The notes: a model not told the origin generated them from the sequence alone. A stretch of 38,049 nucleotides of DNA from Modestobacter sp. (GCA_025965635.1 JAOPWO010000388.1:1-38049); one strand, 5' to 3'. Counted from the first letter of the stretch, positions 9,178 to 18,715 are shown. Translations and numbers: made by a program.

Positions 9178-11916
9178 GTGCTCCACGGGCGTGCAGCGGA
9201 GCGCGCCCGGATCGACCTGCTCCTGGCTGGGGCTGCCGACGCCCGGGGCGGTGCCCTCGTCCTGCGCGGTGAGCCGGGGGTGGGCAAGACCGCGCTGTTG
9301 ACCGACGCGATCGACCGGGCCCACGGCGTCGCCGTCCTGTGGACCGCGGGCATCGAGTCGGAGTCGCCGCTGCCGTTCGCGGCGCTGCACCGGCTGCTGC
9401 GACCGGTCCTCGGGCAGCTGGGACGCATCCCGCCCGTGCAGGCCCGGGCGCTGCGCGGGGCGCTGGGTGAGGACGAGGACCGCGGTGACGGCGACGGGCC
9501 GACCGACGACCGCTTCCTCGTGTTCGCGGCGACCTTGTCGCTGCTGGCCGAGAGCGCGGAGGAGCAGCCGCTCATCTGCGTCATCGACGACGCCCACTGG
9601 CTCGATGCGGCGTCTGCCGAGGCGTTCCTCTTCGTCGCCCGCCGGTTGCACGCCGACCGCCTGGCGTTGCTCTTCGCCGTCCGCGACGGCGAGGCGCGCC
9701 ACTTCCACGCGCTCGGCCTGCCCGAACTGGTCGTACCCGGACTCGACGCCGACGCGGCCTCCGCACTGCTCGCCGAGCATGCCGGCGTCACGATCAGCGT
9801 CGCGGTGCACGAGGAGCTGAGGATCCGCACCGGCGGGAACCCGCTCGCGCTCGTCGAACTCCCCGCCATGCTGTCCGAGGGGCAGCTCGCCGGGCGGCTG
9901 CGGCTCCCGGCACAGCTACCGCTGACCCAGGGGGTGGAGAGGGCGTTCCTCGACCGGTGCGCTCGGCTGCCCGACGCCGCCCAGGCACTGCTGCTGGCTG
10001 CCGCCGCCGATGACTCCGGGCGGTTGTCGATCATCCAGCAGGCGGCCGCTCGGCTCGGCGCGGGTGATGCGGCGCTGGACGCCGTAGAACGCTCAGGACT
10101 TCTCCGCGTCCACGGCGACGACGTACGGCTACGACACCCGCTCGTGCGCTCCGCGGTCTACAGCGCAGCCACCGCCTCGCAGCGGCAGCGCACGCACGGG
10201 GTGCTGGCGGCCGTGCTCAAGGCGGCGGGTGACCCGGATCGGGGCACCTGGCACGCCGCACTGGCCTCCCCCGGCCTCGACGACGCCGTGGCCGGCGATC
10301 TCGACGCCGTCGCTGGGCGCGCCACCCGCCGCGGCGGCCACGAGGCAGCCAGCAGGGCCTCCGAGCGTGCTGCCGAACTCAGCACCTCCGGGGGTGCCCG
10401 GGCGCAGCGCCTGTTCGCGTCTGCGAGCAGCGCCTGGCTGGCCGGTGACGGTGCCCGCGCGCGAGCCCTGGCCGACGGTGCCCGCCACACCACGGACGAC
10501 CCGCTGCTGCGCGCCGACGTCGACCGGCTCCGGGGCAGGATCGAGTGGCACATCGGTTCGCCGCAGACAGGACGACGGATCGTCCTGTCCGCCGCCCGGG
10601 ACGTCGCCGTCCTCGACAGCGCCCGCGCACTCGAGATGGCGATGCTGGCCAATGCCCTGGCGACCTGGAGCTGGGACATCCCCACCGACGAGGACGTCGA
10701 CTTCTCCTGGGCCGCCGAGGAGAGCGCACCGGCGCGACTGCGCTGCTTCGCGGCCATCCTGCGCGGCCACCGCCACTTCCTCCGCCGCGAGACGGCCGAA
10801 GCCGCGACCGCCTGGCACGAGGCGTTCCACCTCGGAAGTGCGCTCCCCCCCGACGTCGAACTGCTGGGGAACCTCGGCGTGGCGGCCCTGCACCTCGCCG
10901 ACCTCGAAGCGGTCCGGTGGACCTACGGAGGACTTCTCGCCCTCGCGCGAGACGGCGGCTCGCTGACCAACGCCGTATGGGCCCTGTCCCGGCTCCCGTC
11001 CGCCCAGGTCGCCGACGGAGACTGGAGCGGGGCCGCAGCGTCGGCGAACGAGGCCCTCGTCCTCGCCCGCGGCATCGGCCAGGCGCCGCTGACCGCCATG
11101 CCCTTGGCCTGGCTGGGTCTGCTGGCGGCGTTCCGTGGCGAGTCCGCCTGGCCGGACGCACTCGCCGAGCTCGAGGCGATGCGCGTCGATGGCCCCATGG
11201 GCATCGTGGGCGCGGCGGCCGTGGACATGACCGCGTGGGCCAGGGGCGTACTCGCTGCGAACATCTCCGACGTCGACGGGGCGCTGCACCACCTCGAGCG
11301 GATCCGCCATCCGACGATCCGCCGGTCCGCCGCACTTGACCGGCTGGAGGCCGCCCACCGCGCCGGCCGGGCCGATCTGGTCCAGCAGTGGGTCGAGGAG
11401 TTGACGGCGTTCGCCTCCCAGGTCGGGGCGGCCTCCCCTGCGGCGATCGCGGAGCACGGCCGTGCACTCCTCGCCCAGGGCGACGTCGCGGAGCGGCACT
11501 TCCGGGACGCTCTCCAGCTGCATGACGCGGCCGGACGCCCGTTCGGACGGGCCCGCACGCAGCTCGCGTACGGCGAGTTCCTGCGCCGGAACCGCCGCCG
11601 CGTCGACGCCCGCCCGCACCTCCGAGCCGCCCTCCAGGTGTTCACCGAGCTCCGGGCCGAGCCGTGGGCCGAACGCGCGCGACAGGAGCTCCGCGCGTCG
11701 GGAGAGACAGCCCGCAAGCGAGGCGTCACGACCACCGGCGACCTCACCCCGCAGGAACGCCAGACCGCGCTCCTCGTTCGCGCCGGACTCGGCAACCGTG
11801 ACATCGCGGCCCGGCTGTTCCTCAGCCCGCGAACCGTGGAGTACCACCTGAGCAACGCCTACCAGAAACTCGGCGTCCGGTCCCGAGGAGAACTCGCGCA
11901 ACTGCCGCTCAGCTGA
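9178..11916 (+). CDS. Large ATP-binding LuxR-family (LAL-type, AAA + HTH) transcriptional regulator
   Basis: Start GTG 9178 (LHGRAAERARID). Walker A GEPGVGKT, Walker B VIDDAHWLD, TGGNPLAL, RHPLVRSAVY, and C-terminal LTPQE...GLGNRDIAARLFLSPRTVEYHLSNAYQKLGV. Confidence 0.93.
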   Translation: MLHGRAAERARIDLLLAGAADARGGALVLRGEPGVGKTALLTDAIDRAHGVAVLWTAGIESESPLPFAALHRLLRPVLGQLGRIPPVQARALRGALGEDEDRGDGDGPTDDRFLVFAATLSLLAESAEEQPLICVIDDAHWLDAASAEAFLFVARRLHADRLALLFAVRDGEARHFHALGLPELVVPGLDADAASALLAEHAGVTISVAVHEELRIRTGGNPLALVELPAMLSEGQLAGRLRLPAQLPLTQGVERAFLDRCARLPDAAQALLLAAAADDSGRLSIIQQAAARLGAGDAALDAVERSGLLRVHGDDVRLRHPLVRSAVYSAATASQRQRTHGVLAAVLKAAGDPDRGTWHAALASPGLDDAVAGDLDAVAGRATRRGGHEAASRASERAAELSTSGGARAQRLFASASSAWLAGDGARARALADGARHTTDDPLLRADVDRLRGRIEWHIGSPQTGRRIVLSAARDVAVLDSARALEMAMLANALATWSWDIPTDEDVDFSWAAEESAPARLRCFAAILRGHRHFLRRETAEAATAWHEAFHLGSALPPDVELLGNLGVAALHLADLEAVRWTYGGLLALARDGGSLTNAVWALSRLPSAQVADGDWSGAAASANEALVLARGIGQAPLTAMPLAWLGLLAAFRGESAWPDALAELEAMRVDGPMGIVGAAAVDMTAWARGVLAANISDVDGALHHLERIRHPTIRRSAALDRLEAAHRAGRADLVQQWVEELTAFASQVGAASPAAIAEHGRALLAQGDVAERHFRDALQLHDAAGRPFGRARTQLAYGEFLRRNRRRVDARPHLRAALQVFTELRAEPWAERARQELRASGETARKRGVTTTGDLTPQERQTALLVRAGLGNRDIAARLFLSPRTVEYHLSNAYQKLGVRSRGELAQLPLS

Positions 11917-12315
11917 CCTCGACGGGTCACGTTGGCCGATGGTGGCCTCGGTCCCCGGTCGGTGCGGCTGGTCCGCCGGACCGGGAACGCGCGGCAGGAT
12001 GCCTGGTCACTGTCCATGGTGGGGCGCATCCACGTCGCGCGTGCCGAGCACGCGCAGCGCGCCGACGTGTGCTGGACGTCGCGCTGGCGCGGATCAGACG
12101 GCAGGGCTGGACGGCCTTCCGCCCATCGCCCGCGGCGTTCCGGGCCCACCTGTACCGGGCTTCAACCGGTGCGCGCACGGCCCTCGCGGCCGCTCGGATC
12201 GGCCTGCCGCAGGCGCCCGAGCTGCTCCGTTGCGACCACTCGGGCAGCGGGGGCAGCAGTTGACCGCGGGTTGCGAGCCGGCGGATCCTGCACGCACCCG
12301 CCACGGGGGAACGAC

Positions 12316-12695
12316 GTGCCCGAAGCCTTCCTGATCCCGCTCCCGGAACGACCCGACTCGAGCACCGATGGGCCCATCCACCCGCCCTCACCGTTCGCCT
12401 CAGCGGGGAGATGGACACGCTCGCCGTGCCGGCCCTCGTCGAGCACTGGCCGGAGCGGCCCCGTCCCCCCGGGGCGCTGCCACTCGACGTCACTGCAGTG
12501 ACGGTCCTCGGCCTGTCGGCCATCGGCACCCGTCTCGTGGCCCGCGCTGCGGCGCTCCGGCCGCGTGGGGCTGCCGGGGGTCAGCACGTCCCCGGTGATG
12601 AGCTGGCGCGGAGAGCCGATCATCGCGTCCCGTGCACGCGCCACTGTTCCTGCCCGGCTGTACGTGGGCGCGCGACGGGGCTAGGGTCGGGGTAG
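12316..12695 (+). pseudogene. STAS-domain anti-sigma-factor antagonist relic
   Basis: From 12387 the frame reads LTVRLSGEMDTLAVPAL...LPLDVTAVTVLGLSAIGTRLVAR, matching the STAS pattern (GELD...LDLS.V.FLDSAG). The likely start (GTG 12316 after GGGGGA) is out of frame, the FxDS phospho-motif is degraded, and the tail shifts frame again. Confidence 0.55.
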
Positions 12696-13283
12696 TCGAG
12701 CGGCTCAGCCGTTCACCTGGTGGCCCCGGACCCGGCGACCTCACCGTCCTGGGGAGTCGGCCGTGCTCGGGATCTCCGCCGCTGGGTCCGCCGTCGCGGC
12801 TGCTCAAGCCCTCGGTCCGGAAACCTGCTCACGCGCCGCGCCGTGCGGCGCCCAGCGGCTGAACCGGTCGATGTGGCCCGGCAGCCAGAACGCGAGGCCC
12901 TCCGGAGGAGAACGCCTGCGGTGCAGCCGTTCTCCGGCCGAGGCGCGCCCACATCCCAGCGACGGAGTGCAGCCCGCCGTCGCCCGTACGGAGGTGTCGC
13001 CGTCCCTGCCCCCGACGACGGCGCCGCTCCGCAAGACGGCCGGCCGACGGGTTCCGTCGCCCACCCGCCATCGGCGGGTGCCCGTGGAGCTGCTCCTCAT
13101 CGTCCGCCGGGCCGAGCGGGCCGTCATGGTGACCGATCCGCGCGTCCCGGGTCGCTCCGGCGCGACCGCTCCGCGGGGCAGTGCCCTGTGCCCCTCGGCC
13201 GCACCGGGCTCCTGGCGCCCGAGCAGTCGCGACCGACCGGATCCAGCTGGACGTCAACCCCCGCACCGCTCGAGGAGGCATCG

Positions 13284-13778
13284 ATGATCAGTGCTGAGGA
13301 CATCGGGTCGAGTGCCCGGTCGCGACCGCCGACCGGCCCTGCCACCGCCCGGTTGGCGTCGTCGCCCGGCAGCCGGCGCCACGAATGGCGTCTCCGCACC
13401 ATGGAGAGCTCGATCCCGGCCCTGCGTCGGGAGCTGTGCGCCTTCCTCGGCGCCACCGGCCTTTCCGACGACGCGTTCTACGACCTGATCCTGGCCGTCT
13501 CCGAGGCGGCCAGCAACGCGGTGGACCATCCCCAGCACTCGACGGAGCCGTTCTTCGACGTTGCCGCCGAGATCGACGGCGAAGCGGTGACCATCGTCGT
13601 CCAGGACCACGGACGGTGGTTGGAGCCGACCCCGAGCTCCTGCCGTGGACGGGGTCTGGCGATGATGCGGGTGCTGGCCGACACCACCGTCACGGCCGGG
13701 ACGCACGGCACCATGGTGACCATCCGGAACCACCGGGACGCCGCAGTGGATGCAGCCGCGGAGGAGCAGGCGTCATAA
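13284..13778 (+). CDS. RsbW-like anti-sigma factor / HATPase_c ATP-binding protein
   Basis: ATG 13284 after GAGGAGG. N-box LAVSEAASNAVDH, G1 VQDHGRW, G2 GRGLAMMR, G3 GTMVTI. Confidence 0.82.
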   Translation: MISAEDIGSSARSRPPTGPATARLASSPGSRRHEWRLRTMESSIPALRRELCAFLGATGLSDDAFYDLILAVSEAASNAVDHPQHSTEPFFDVAAEIDGEAVTIVVQDHGRWLEPTPSSCRGRGLAMMRVLADTTVTAGTHGTMVTIRNHRDAAVDAAAEEQAS

Positions 13779-13809
13779 CCGCTGCTGCCAGCCTCCTGAG
13801 GTGAGCACG

Positions 13810-14520
13810 GTGTCCACGCGGGTGGCCGAGATCCTCTCCGCGATCCTTGCGGACTCCCGGAGCGGCATCGGCCTGCCGGCCAGCCTGGTGGGCATGTGCG
13901 CCCGGGCGCTGCCGGTGAGCGGTGTCGGACTGGCGCTGATGACCGACGACGGGCCGGCCGGAACGGTCGCGGCCACCGACGGCAGCGCCCTGGAGTTGGA
14001 GGAGCTGCAGTTCTCGCTCGGTGAAGGCCCCTGCGTGGACGCCTCGCAGAGTGGCCGCCCGGTCCTCCAACCGGACCTGGGGCGAACTGGCCGGGAACGC
14101 TGGCCGGTGTTCGCGGCCGGCGCAGAGGCCGCCGGCCTGGCGGCGGTCTTCGCCTTCCCCCTGCGGGTCGGTGCCATCCGGCTCGGCGTGCTCGACCTCT
14201 ACCGGACCACCGCCGGCCCCCTGCCCGACGACGACCTGGCCGACGCGCTGTGCTTCGCCGATGCAGCAACCGCACTTCTCCTGCACCTGCAGGCACGGGA
14301 CGCCGGCGTGGGATTCCCTTTCGGCTCACTGCCCGTCTTCGATGACCGAGCAGAGGTCCACCAGGCGACCGGGGTGGTCTCCGTCCAGGCGGCCGTCAGC
14401 CTCCAGGACGCTCTGCTCCTGCTGCGTGCCCGCGCGTACGCCGACCAACGCCCCATCGGCACCATTGCCCACGACGTGGTGAGCGGGGTGGTCGACTTCA
14501 GCGATGACCCGGACAGTTGA
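13810..14520 (+). CDS. GAF and ANTAR domain-containing protein
   Basis: LEELQFSLGEGPCVDA, RWPVF, AVFAFPLRVGAIRLGVLDLY, and ANTAR-like RAEVHQATGVVSVQ...ALLLLRARAY. Start GTG 13810 (or 13801). Confidence 0.88.
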   Translation: MSTRVAEILSAILADSRSGIGLPASLVGMCARALPVSGVGLALMTDDGPAGTVAATDGSALELEELQFSLGEGPCVDASQSGRPVLQPDLGRTGRERWPVFAAGAEAAGLAAVFAFPLRVGAIRLGVLDLYRTTAGPLPDDDLADALCFADAATALLLHLQARDAGVGFPFGSLPVFDDRAEVHQATGVVSVQAAVSLQDALLLLRARAYADQRPIGTIAHDVVSGVVDFSDDPDS

Positions 14521-14577
14521 GGGCGTCACCGTGCGACGAGCGAGCATCCCTTGGTCACGCAGGACGGAAGGAAGAAC

Positions 14578-15324
14578 ATGGGGCGCGAACAACGCCTGGC
14601 GCAGGTCTTCGTCGAGTTGGCCGACACCCTGGTCGAGGAGTTCGACGTCGTCGACTTCCTGCAGACCCTCACGGAGCGCTGCGTGGAACTGGTGGACACC
14701 GACGCCGCCGCCGGGCTGATGCTGCACGACCAGCGCGGCACCCTGCACCCGGTCGCCTACACCGACGAGTCAGCCCGGCTCCTCGAGCTGTTCGAGCTGC
14801 AGAAGGGCGAAGGCCCCTGCCTGGACTGCTTCGCCACCGGGCGGGTCATCGCCAACATCGACCTGACCGCCGCCAGCAATCGGTGGCCGGTGTTCACCAG
14901 GGCCGCGCGCGACCTGGGATTCACGAGGTGCCACGCGCTGCCGCTCCGGCTGCGCCGTCAGGTGATCGGCGCGCTCAACCTCTTCTCCATCGGGACCGAG
15001 CGGCTCAGCGAGGACCACCTCGCCGTCGCGCAGGGGCTGGCCGACATCGCCACGATCGGGCTGCTGCACGAACGCGCCGCTCGCGATCAGGTCGTCGTCT
15101 CCGAGCAACTGCAGAATGCCCTGCACAGCCGGATCCTCATCGAACAGGCCAAGGGCGTCCTGTCCGCGCGGGCCGGGACCAACGTCGAGGGGGCTTTCCG
15201 CCTCATGCGCGCCCACGCCCGCCGGACCGGCAGCCTGCTGACCACGGTCGCCGAGGGCATCGTCTCCGGCGCCATCGGGACGGGGCAGCTGCAGGACGCC
15301 CCCCGGACCGGAGGCGCCGGATGA
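14578..15324 (+). CDS. GAF and ANTAR domain-containing protein
   Basis: ATG 14578 after GGAAGGAAG. FVELADTLVEEFDVVDFL, LELFELQKGEGPCLDCF, and ANTAR QLQNALHSRILIEQAKGVL...AFRLMRAHAR. Confidence 0.92.
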   Translation: MGREQRLAQVFVELADTLVEEFDVVDFLQTLTERCVELVDTDAAAGLMLHDQRGTLHPVAYTDESARLLELFELQKGEGPCLDCFATGRVIANIDLTAASNRWPVFTRAARDLGFTRCHALPLRLRRQVIGALNLFSIGTERLSEDHLAVAQGLADIATIGLLHERAARDQVVVSEQLQNALHSRILIEQAKGVLSARAGTNVEGAFRLMRAHARRTGSLLTTVAEGIVSGAIGTGQLQDAPRTGGAG

Positions 15325-15655
15325 CCCTGTGCCGCTGACGCTCGGGTGCATCCCGGCCGCACGGCTTCGAACCGCGTTCGGGCCACCGCCGCCATCAGCC
15401 GTGTCCGCGCCGGCCGGGCCGAGCAGGTGGGCGAACAGCCGGCAGGCCGCGGGCGTCGGCCTCCGGGTCGAGCCCGGCGTCGGCCAGCGACTGCAGGAGT
15501 CGCTCGGTGATCTCGAGCGCGTGGGGCCCGTTCACCGGACCGCCGACCAGCTTGGGGACCGCGCCCGGGTGCGCGGACAGTCGCTCCCGCAGCTCCAGGA
15601 CCGGGGCTTCCACGCGTTCGCGCCACGGCCGGCTCCGGTCCACGACGCCGTCGCC
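15325..15655 (-). pseudogene. TetR-family regulator relic (C-terminal ligand-binding domain only)
   Basis: Tail of the spurious ORF 15395..16876 reads PWRERVEAPVLELRERLSAHPGAVPKLVGGPVNGPHALEITERLLQSLADAGLDPEA, then shifts frame to AACRLFAHLLG. This is a TetR_C-like pattern. No N-terminal HTH or start codon is present. Confidence 0.65.
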
Positions 15656-15688
15656 TGACTGGCTCTGATGTCGTTTCGACCGTCTCCA

Positions 15689-15751
15689 TTGACGCCACCC
15701 CGTCGAGGGTAGAAAGTTCCTGTACGGCGTACAAATCATGTACGGCGTCCA
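15689..15751 (+). promoter_or_regulatory. Sigma70-type promoter with tandem TetR-type operators
   Basis: TTGACG (15689-15694) and an AT-rich TAGAAAGT -10 region (15710-15717), followed by the perfect palindrome TGTACG-G-CGTACA (15721-15733) and a near copy TGTACGGCGTCCA (15739-15751) just before ATG 15764. Confidence 0.7.
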
Positions 15752-15763
15752 GGGCGGAGACCG

Positions 15764-16570
15764 ATGGCAACCGTAACCACCGACCACGGTTTCCGCCGGA
15801 CGGCCGGGGGTCTCTTCGTGGCGGGCGCGCTCGCGTTCGCCGGCGCGGCCACCGTGCTCTCCTCGACCTTCAACTGGCCGGACGTCCTGCGTGAACCGGC
15901 CGACATCGTGCTGCCGGCCTTCGTCGCCGGCGGGACGAGCCTGGTGTGGACCTGGTTCGCCACCGCCTGGACGTACATGATCCTGATCGTCCCGATCCTG
16001 CTGCTCCCCACGGTGCTGGGGCGACGCGGGGACCCGTTGCTGAGGGTGGCCACCTTCGTGGGCGCGACCTCGGTGGTGCTGTCGTTGATCGGGTTCCTGC
16101 GCTGGGTGTTCGTCGTCCCGCCGCTCGCGGACTCCTATGTCAGCGGTGACGCTGTCACCCGCGCCGCGGTCGACGCGGCCTGGACCGCGCAGCACCAGTT
16201 CGGCGGTGCGCTGCTGGGTGAACACCTGGGCCAGCTGTTGGCCGTCGCCTGGTCCGTCGCGGTCAGCGTGGCCATTCTCCGCACCCGGGTCCTGCCCCGC
16301 TGGCTCGCCGTCGCCGGGCTGGTCGTGAGCGCGCTGTACCTGTCCAACCAGGGCGACGTCCTGGCCACCGCCGTCCCCGGCTTCCCGGTCTGGGACCTCG
16401 GCGGCTTCATCGGCAGCACCAGCTGGGGACTGTGGGTCGCCACCCTCGGCGTCGTGCTCCTCCTGCGGCCGGTTCGTCCGGGGGAGCCCGTGCCCGTCGT
16501 CCGCGCACCCGCGAGCTTCCCGGCCCCCCGTTCGCCGGGTTCTGCCGACACCACGACAACGCTGCCGTGA
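15764..16570 (+). CDS. DUF4386-like membrane protein
   Basis: 268 aa polytopic protein with LSSTFNWPDVLREP, IGFLRWVFVVPPLA, HQFGGALLGEHLGQLL and LPRWLA motifs. GGAG RBS. Confidence 0.75.
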   Translation: MATVTTDHGFRRTAGGLFVAGALAFAGAATVLSSTFNWPDVLREPADIVLPAFVAGGTSLVWTWFATAWTYMILIVPILLLPTVLGRRGDPLLRVATFVGATSVVLSLIGFLRWVFVVPPLADSYVSGDAVTRAAVDAAWTAQHQFGGALLGEHLGQLLAVAWSVAVSVAILRTRVLPRWLAVAGLVVSALYLSNQGDVLATAVPGFPVWDLGGFIGSTSWGLWVATLGVVLLLRPVRPGEPVPVVRAPASFPAPRSPGSADTTTTLP

Positions 16571-16826
16571 CGCGCCCCGGATCGATCCGCGCATGCCCCT
16601 CCCACACCTGGCTGATGTGGACCGCACACCAGGAAGGGGCAGCTGCGCGCCCTGATGGCCCGCGACCTGCTGACCGCCCACGGCACTGGACGTGCCGCGC
16701 TGGAGCAGGCCCTCGGCGACACGCTGGAGGGGTACCGCCATGGCTGACACCGACATCGTCCGGCCGATGGGCGCCACGGACCCGGGCCGCCCCTCCGGGC
16801 GCGCCCGGAGGAAACGGGAGGTCCCG

Positions 16827-17909
16827 ATGTCGACCACGCCGTTCCACGACCTGACGGGCCCGCCTGCCGCGGACACCGGCAGAAGGACGATGGGTGCGGT
16901 GGTGCAGGACCGCTACGGCCCCGCCCCCGAGGGTCTCTTCCGGGTCGCAACGATCGACCGGCCCACCATCACGCACGACCAGGTGCTCGTGCGGGTGCAC
17001 GCGGCCAGCGTGGACCGGGGCACCTGGCACCTCATGGCCGGCCTGCCCTATCCCGTCCGGCTCGTCGGCTTCGGCCTCCGCCGGCCGACGTACGCCAACC
17101 CTGGCCGGAACCTGGCCGGAACGGTCGAGGCCGTCGGCGCCGACGTGACCGACTTCGGCGCGGGCGACGAGGTGTACGGGACGGCCACGAGCACCTTCGC
17201 CGAGTACGCGGCCGTGCGACCGGCCAAGCTGGCCCCGAAGCCTGCGAACCTCTCCTTCGAGCAGGCGGCCACCGTCCCGGTCTCCGGGGGCACGGCCCTG
17301 CAGGCCGTGCGCGACCACGGGCGCGTCCAGGCCGGGGAGAAGGTGCTGGTCATCGGCGCCTCGGGAGGCGTGGGCAGCTTCGCGGTGCAGATCGCCAAGG
17401 TCTTCGGCGCCGAGGTCACGGGCGTGTGCAGCACCAGCAAGGCCGACCTGGTCCGGGCTCTGGGCGCCGATCACGTCCTCGACTACACCCGCCAGGACTT
17501 CGCCGACGGCGGACCGCGCTTCGACGTCATCCTCGACATCGGGGGCAACGCCGGTCTGTCGCACCTACGGCGGGCTCTCACCGCGCGCGGCCGCCTCGTG
17601 ATCGTCGGCGGCGAGGCCGGCGGACGCCTGCTCGGCGGCAGCGGTCGCCAGATCCGCGCGGAGCTCCTGTCGCCCTTCATCCGCCAGCAGCTGGGCACGT
17701 TCGTGGCGTCGGAGAAGACCGCCGACCTGATGACCCTCCGCGACCTCATCGAGGCCGGCGAGCTAGCCCCCGCGATCGACCGCACCCACGCCCTCAGCGA
17801 GGTCGCCGCGGCCATCCGCCACATGCTGGACGGGAAGGCCCGCGGCAAGCTCGCCGTCTCGGTCTCCCCCGGCCGCATGCAGACACCCGCCACAGGGAGC
17901 GCACCATGA
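16827..17909 (+). CDS. NAD(P)-dependent medium-chain dehydrogenase/reductase (zinc-free, quinone-oxidoreductase-like)
   Basis: ATG 16827 after GGGAGG. AVVQDRYG, VLVRVHAASV, AGTVEAVG, KPANLSFEQAATVP, Rossmann VLVIGASGGVG, and GKARGK. No Zn-ligand Cys cluster. Confidence 0.92.
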   Translation: MSTTPFHDLTGPPAADTGRRTMGAVVQDRYGPAPEGLFRVATIDRPTITHDQVLVRVHAASVDRGTWHLMAGLPYPVRLVGFGLRRPTYANPGRNLAGTVEAVGADVTDFGAGDEVYGTATSTFAEYAAVRPAKLAPKPANLSFEQAATVPVSGGTALQAVRDHGRVQAGEKVLVIGASGGVGSFAVQIAKVFGAEVTGVCSTSKADLVRALGADHVLDYTRQDFADGGPRFDVILDIGGNAGLSHLRRALTARGRLVIVGGEAGGRLLGGSGRQIRAELLSPFIRQQLGTFVASEKTADLMTLRDLIEAGELAPAIDRTHALSEVAAAIRHMLDGKARGKLAVSVSPGRMQTPATGSAP

Positions 17910-18670
17910 CCGATCCCAGAACCCCCTATCCGGTCCGCGTCGACGCGACACTCGACCCGTCGCTCTCCCGCTGGTTGTGGCTGGTCAAGTGGCTGCTGCT
18001 GATCCCGCACGTCATCGTGCTGTTCTTCCTGTGGGTGGCGTTCGTCGTCGTCACGGTCATCGCCTTCTTCGCGATCCTGTTCACCGGGCGCTATCCACGG
18101 TCGCTGTTCGACTTCAACGTCGGGGTCATGCGCTGGTCCTGGCGGGTGCACTACTACGGCTACTGGGCTCTGGGCACCGACCGCTACCCCCCGTTCACGC
18201 TGGACGACGTGCCCGACTTCCCGGCGCACCTCGATGTGACCTATCCCGAACGGCTGTCCCGGGGTCTCATCTTCGTGAAGTGGCTGTTGGCGATCCCGCA
18301 CTTCCTCGTCCTCGCCGTCTTCGTCGGCGGCGGGCTGTGGCTGGGCTCCCGCGGTGGCGACACGGACACCAGCTGGGACAACGGCTCGAACGCCGGCTGG
18401 AGCCTGGTCGGCGTGCTCGTCCTGATCGCCGCGATCGTGCTTCTGTTCTCCGGCCGCTACCCGAAGCCGATCTACGACTTCGTGATGGGCATGGACCGGT
18501 GGGCGCTCCGGGTCGGGCCCTACGCGGCGCTGATGACCGACCGCTACCCGCCGTTCCGGCTCGACCAGGGCGGCACGGATCCCGGCTGGGTGCCCGCCGG
18601 CCCCGTCCCGCCATCGCCCTCCGGTGCGCCGACCGCAGGGCCCCCGGCACCGGTCACCACCGCGCGGTGA
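17906..18670 (+). CDS. DUF4389 domain-containing membrane protein
   Basis: ATGA overlap with the upstream stop. Two internal repeats of LSR.L..VKWLL.IPH...LF.GRYP..(L/I)(F/Y)DF..G..RW..RV..Y....TDRYPPF.L. Confidence 0.88.
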   Translation: MTDPRTPYPVRVDATLDPSLSRWLWLVKWLLLIPHVIVLFFLWVAFVVVTVIAFFAILFTGRYPRSLFDFNVGVMRWSWRVHYYGYWALGTDRYPPFTLDDVPDFPAHLDVTYPERLSRGLIFVKWLLAIPHFLVLAVFVGGGLWLGSRGGDTDTSWDNGSNAGWSLVGVLVLIAAIVLLFSGRYPKPIYDFVMGMDRWALRVGPYAALMTDRYPPFRLDQGGTDPGWVPAGPVPPSPSGAPTAGPPAPVTTAR

Positions 18671-18675
18671 CCCCA

Positions 18676-18715
18676 CTGGTCGCCCCGGGCATGACCCAGG
18701 GCCCGGGGCGGCCAG
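18676..18715 (+). terminator. GC-rich terminator-like hairpin after DUF4389
   Basis: CTGGTCGCCCCGGGC-N10-GCCCGGGGCGGCCAG, a 15-bp stem with one G.U pair, starting 6 nt after the stop. Confidence 0.55.

Noticed and set aside
8991-10034. N-terminal extension of the ABC ATPase ORF (646 aa); likewise extensions of ORFs 33414-35786, 23357-24991, 17426-18670 and 27115-29817
   Set aside because: The extensions overlap genuine neighbouring genes and look non-coding. Internal starts with RBS give normal-length proteins, so these are not real fusions.
15661-15685. GGCTCTGATGTCGTTTCG at the TetR truncation point, reminiscent of an IS terminus
   Set aside because: Only a 6-bp resemblance, with no matching second end or target duplication found.
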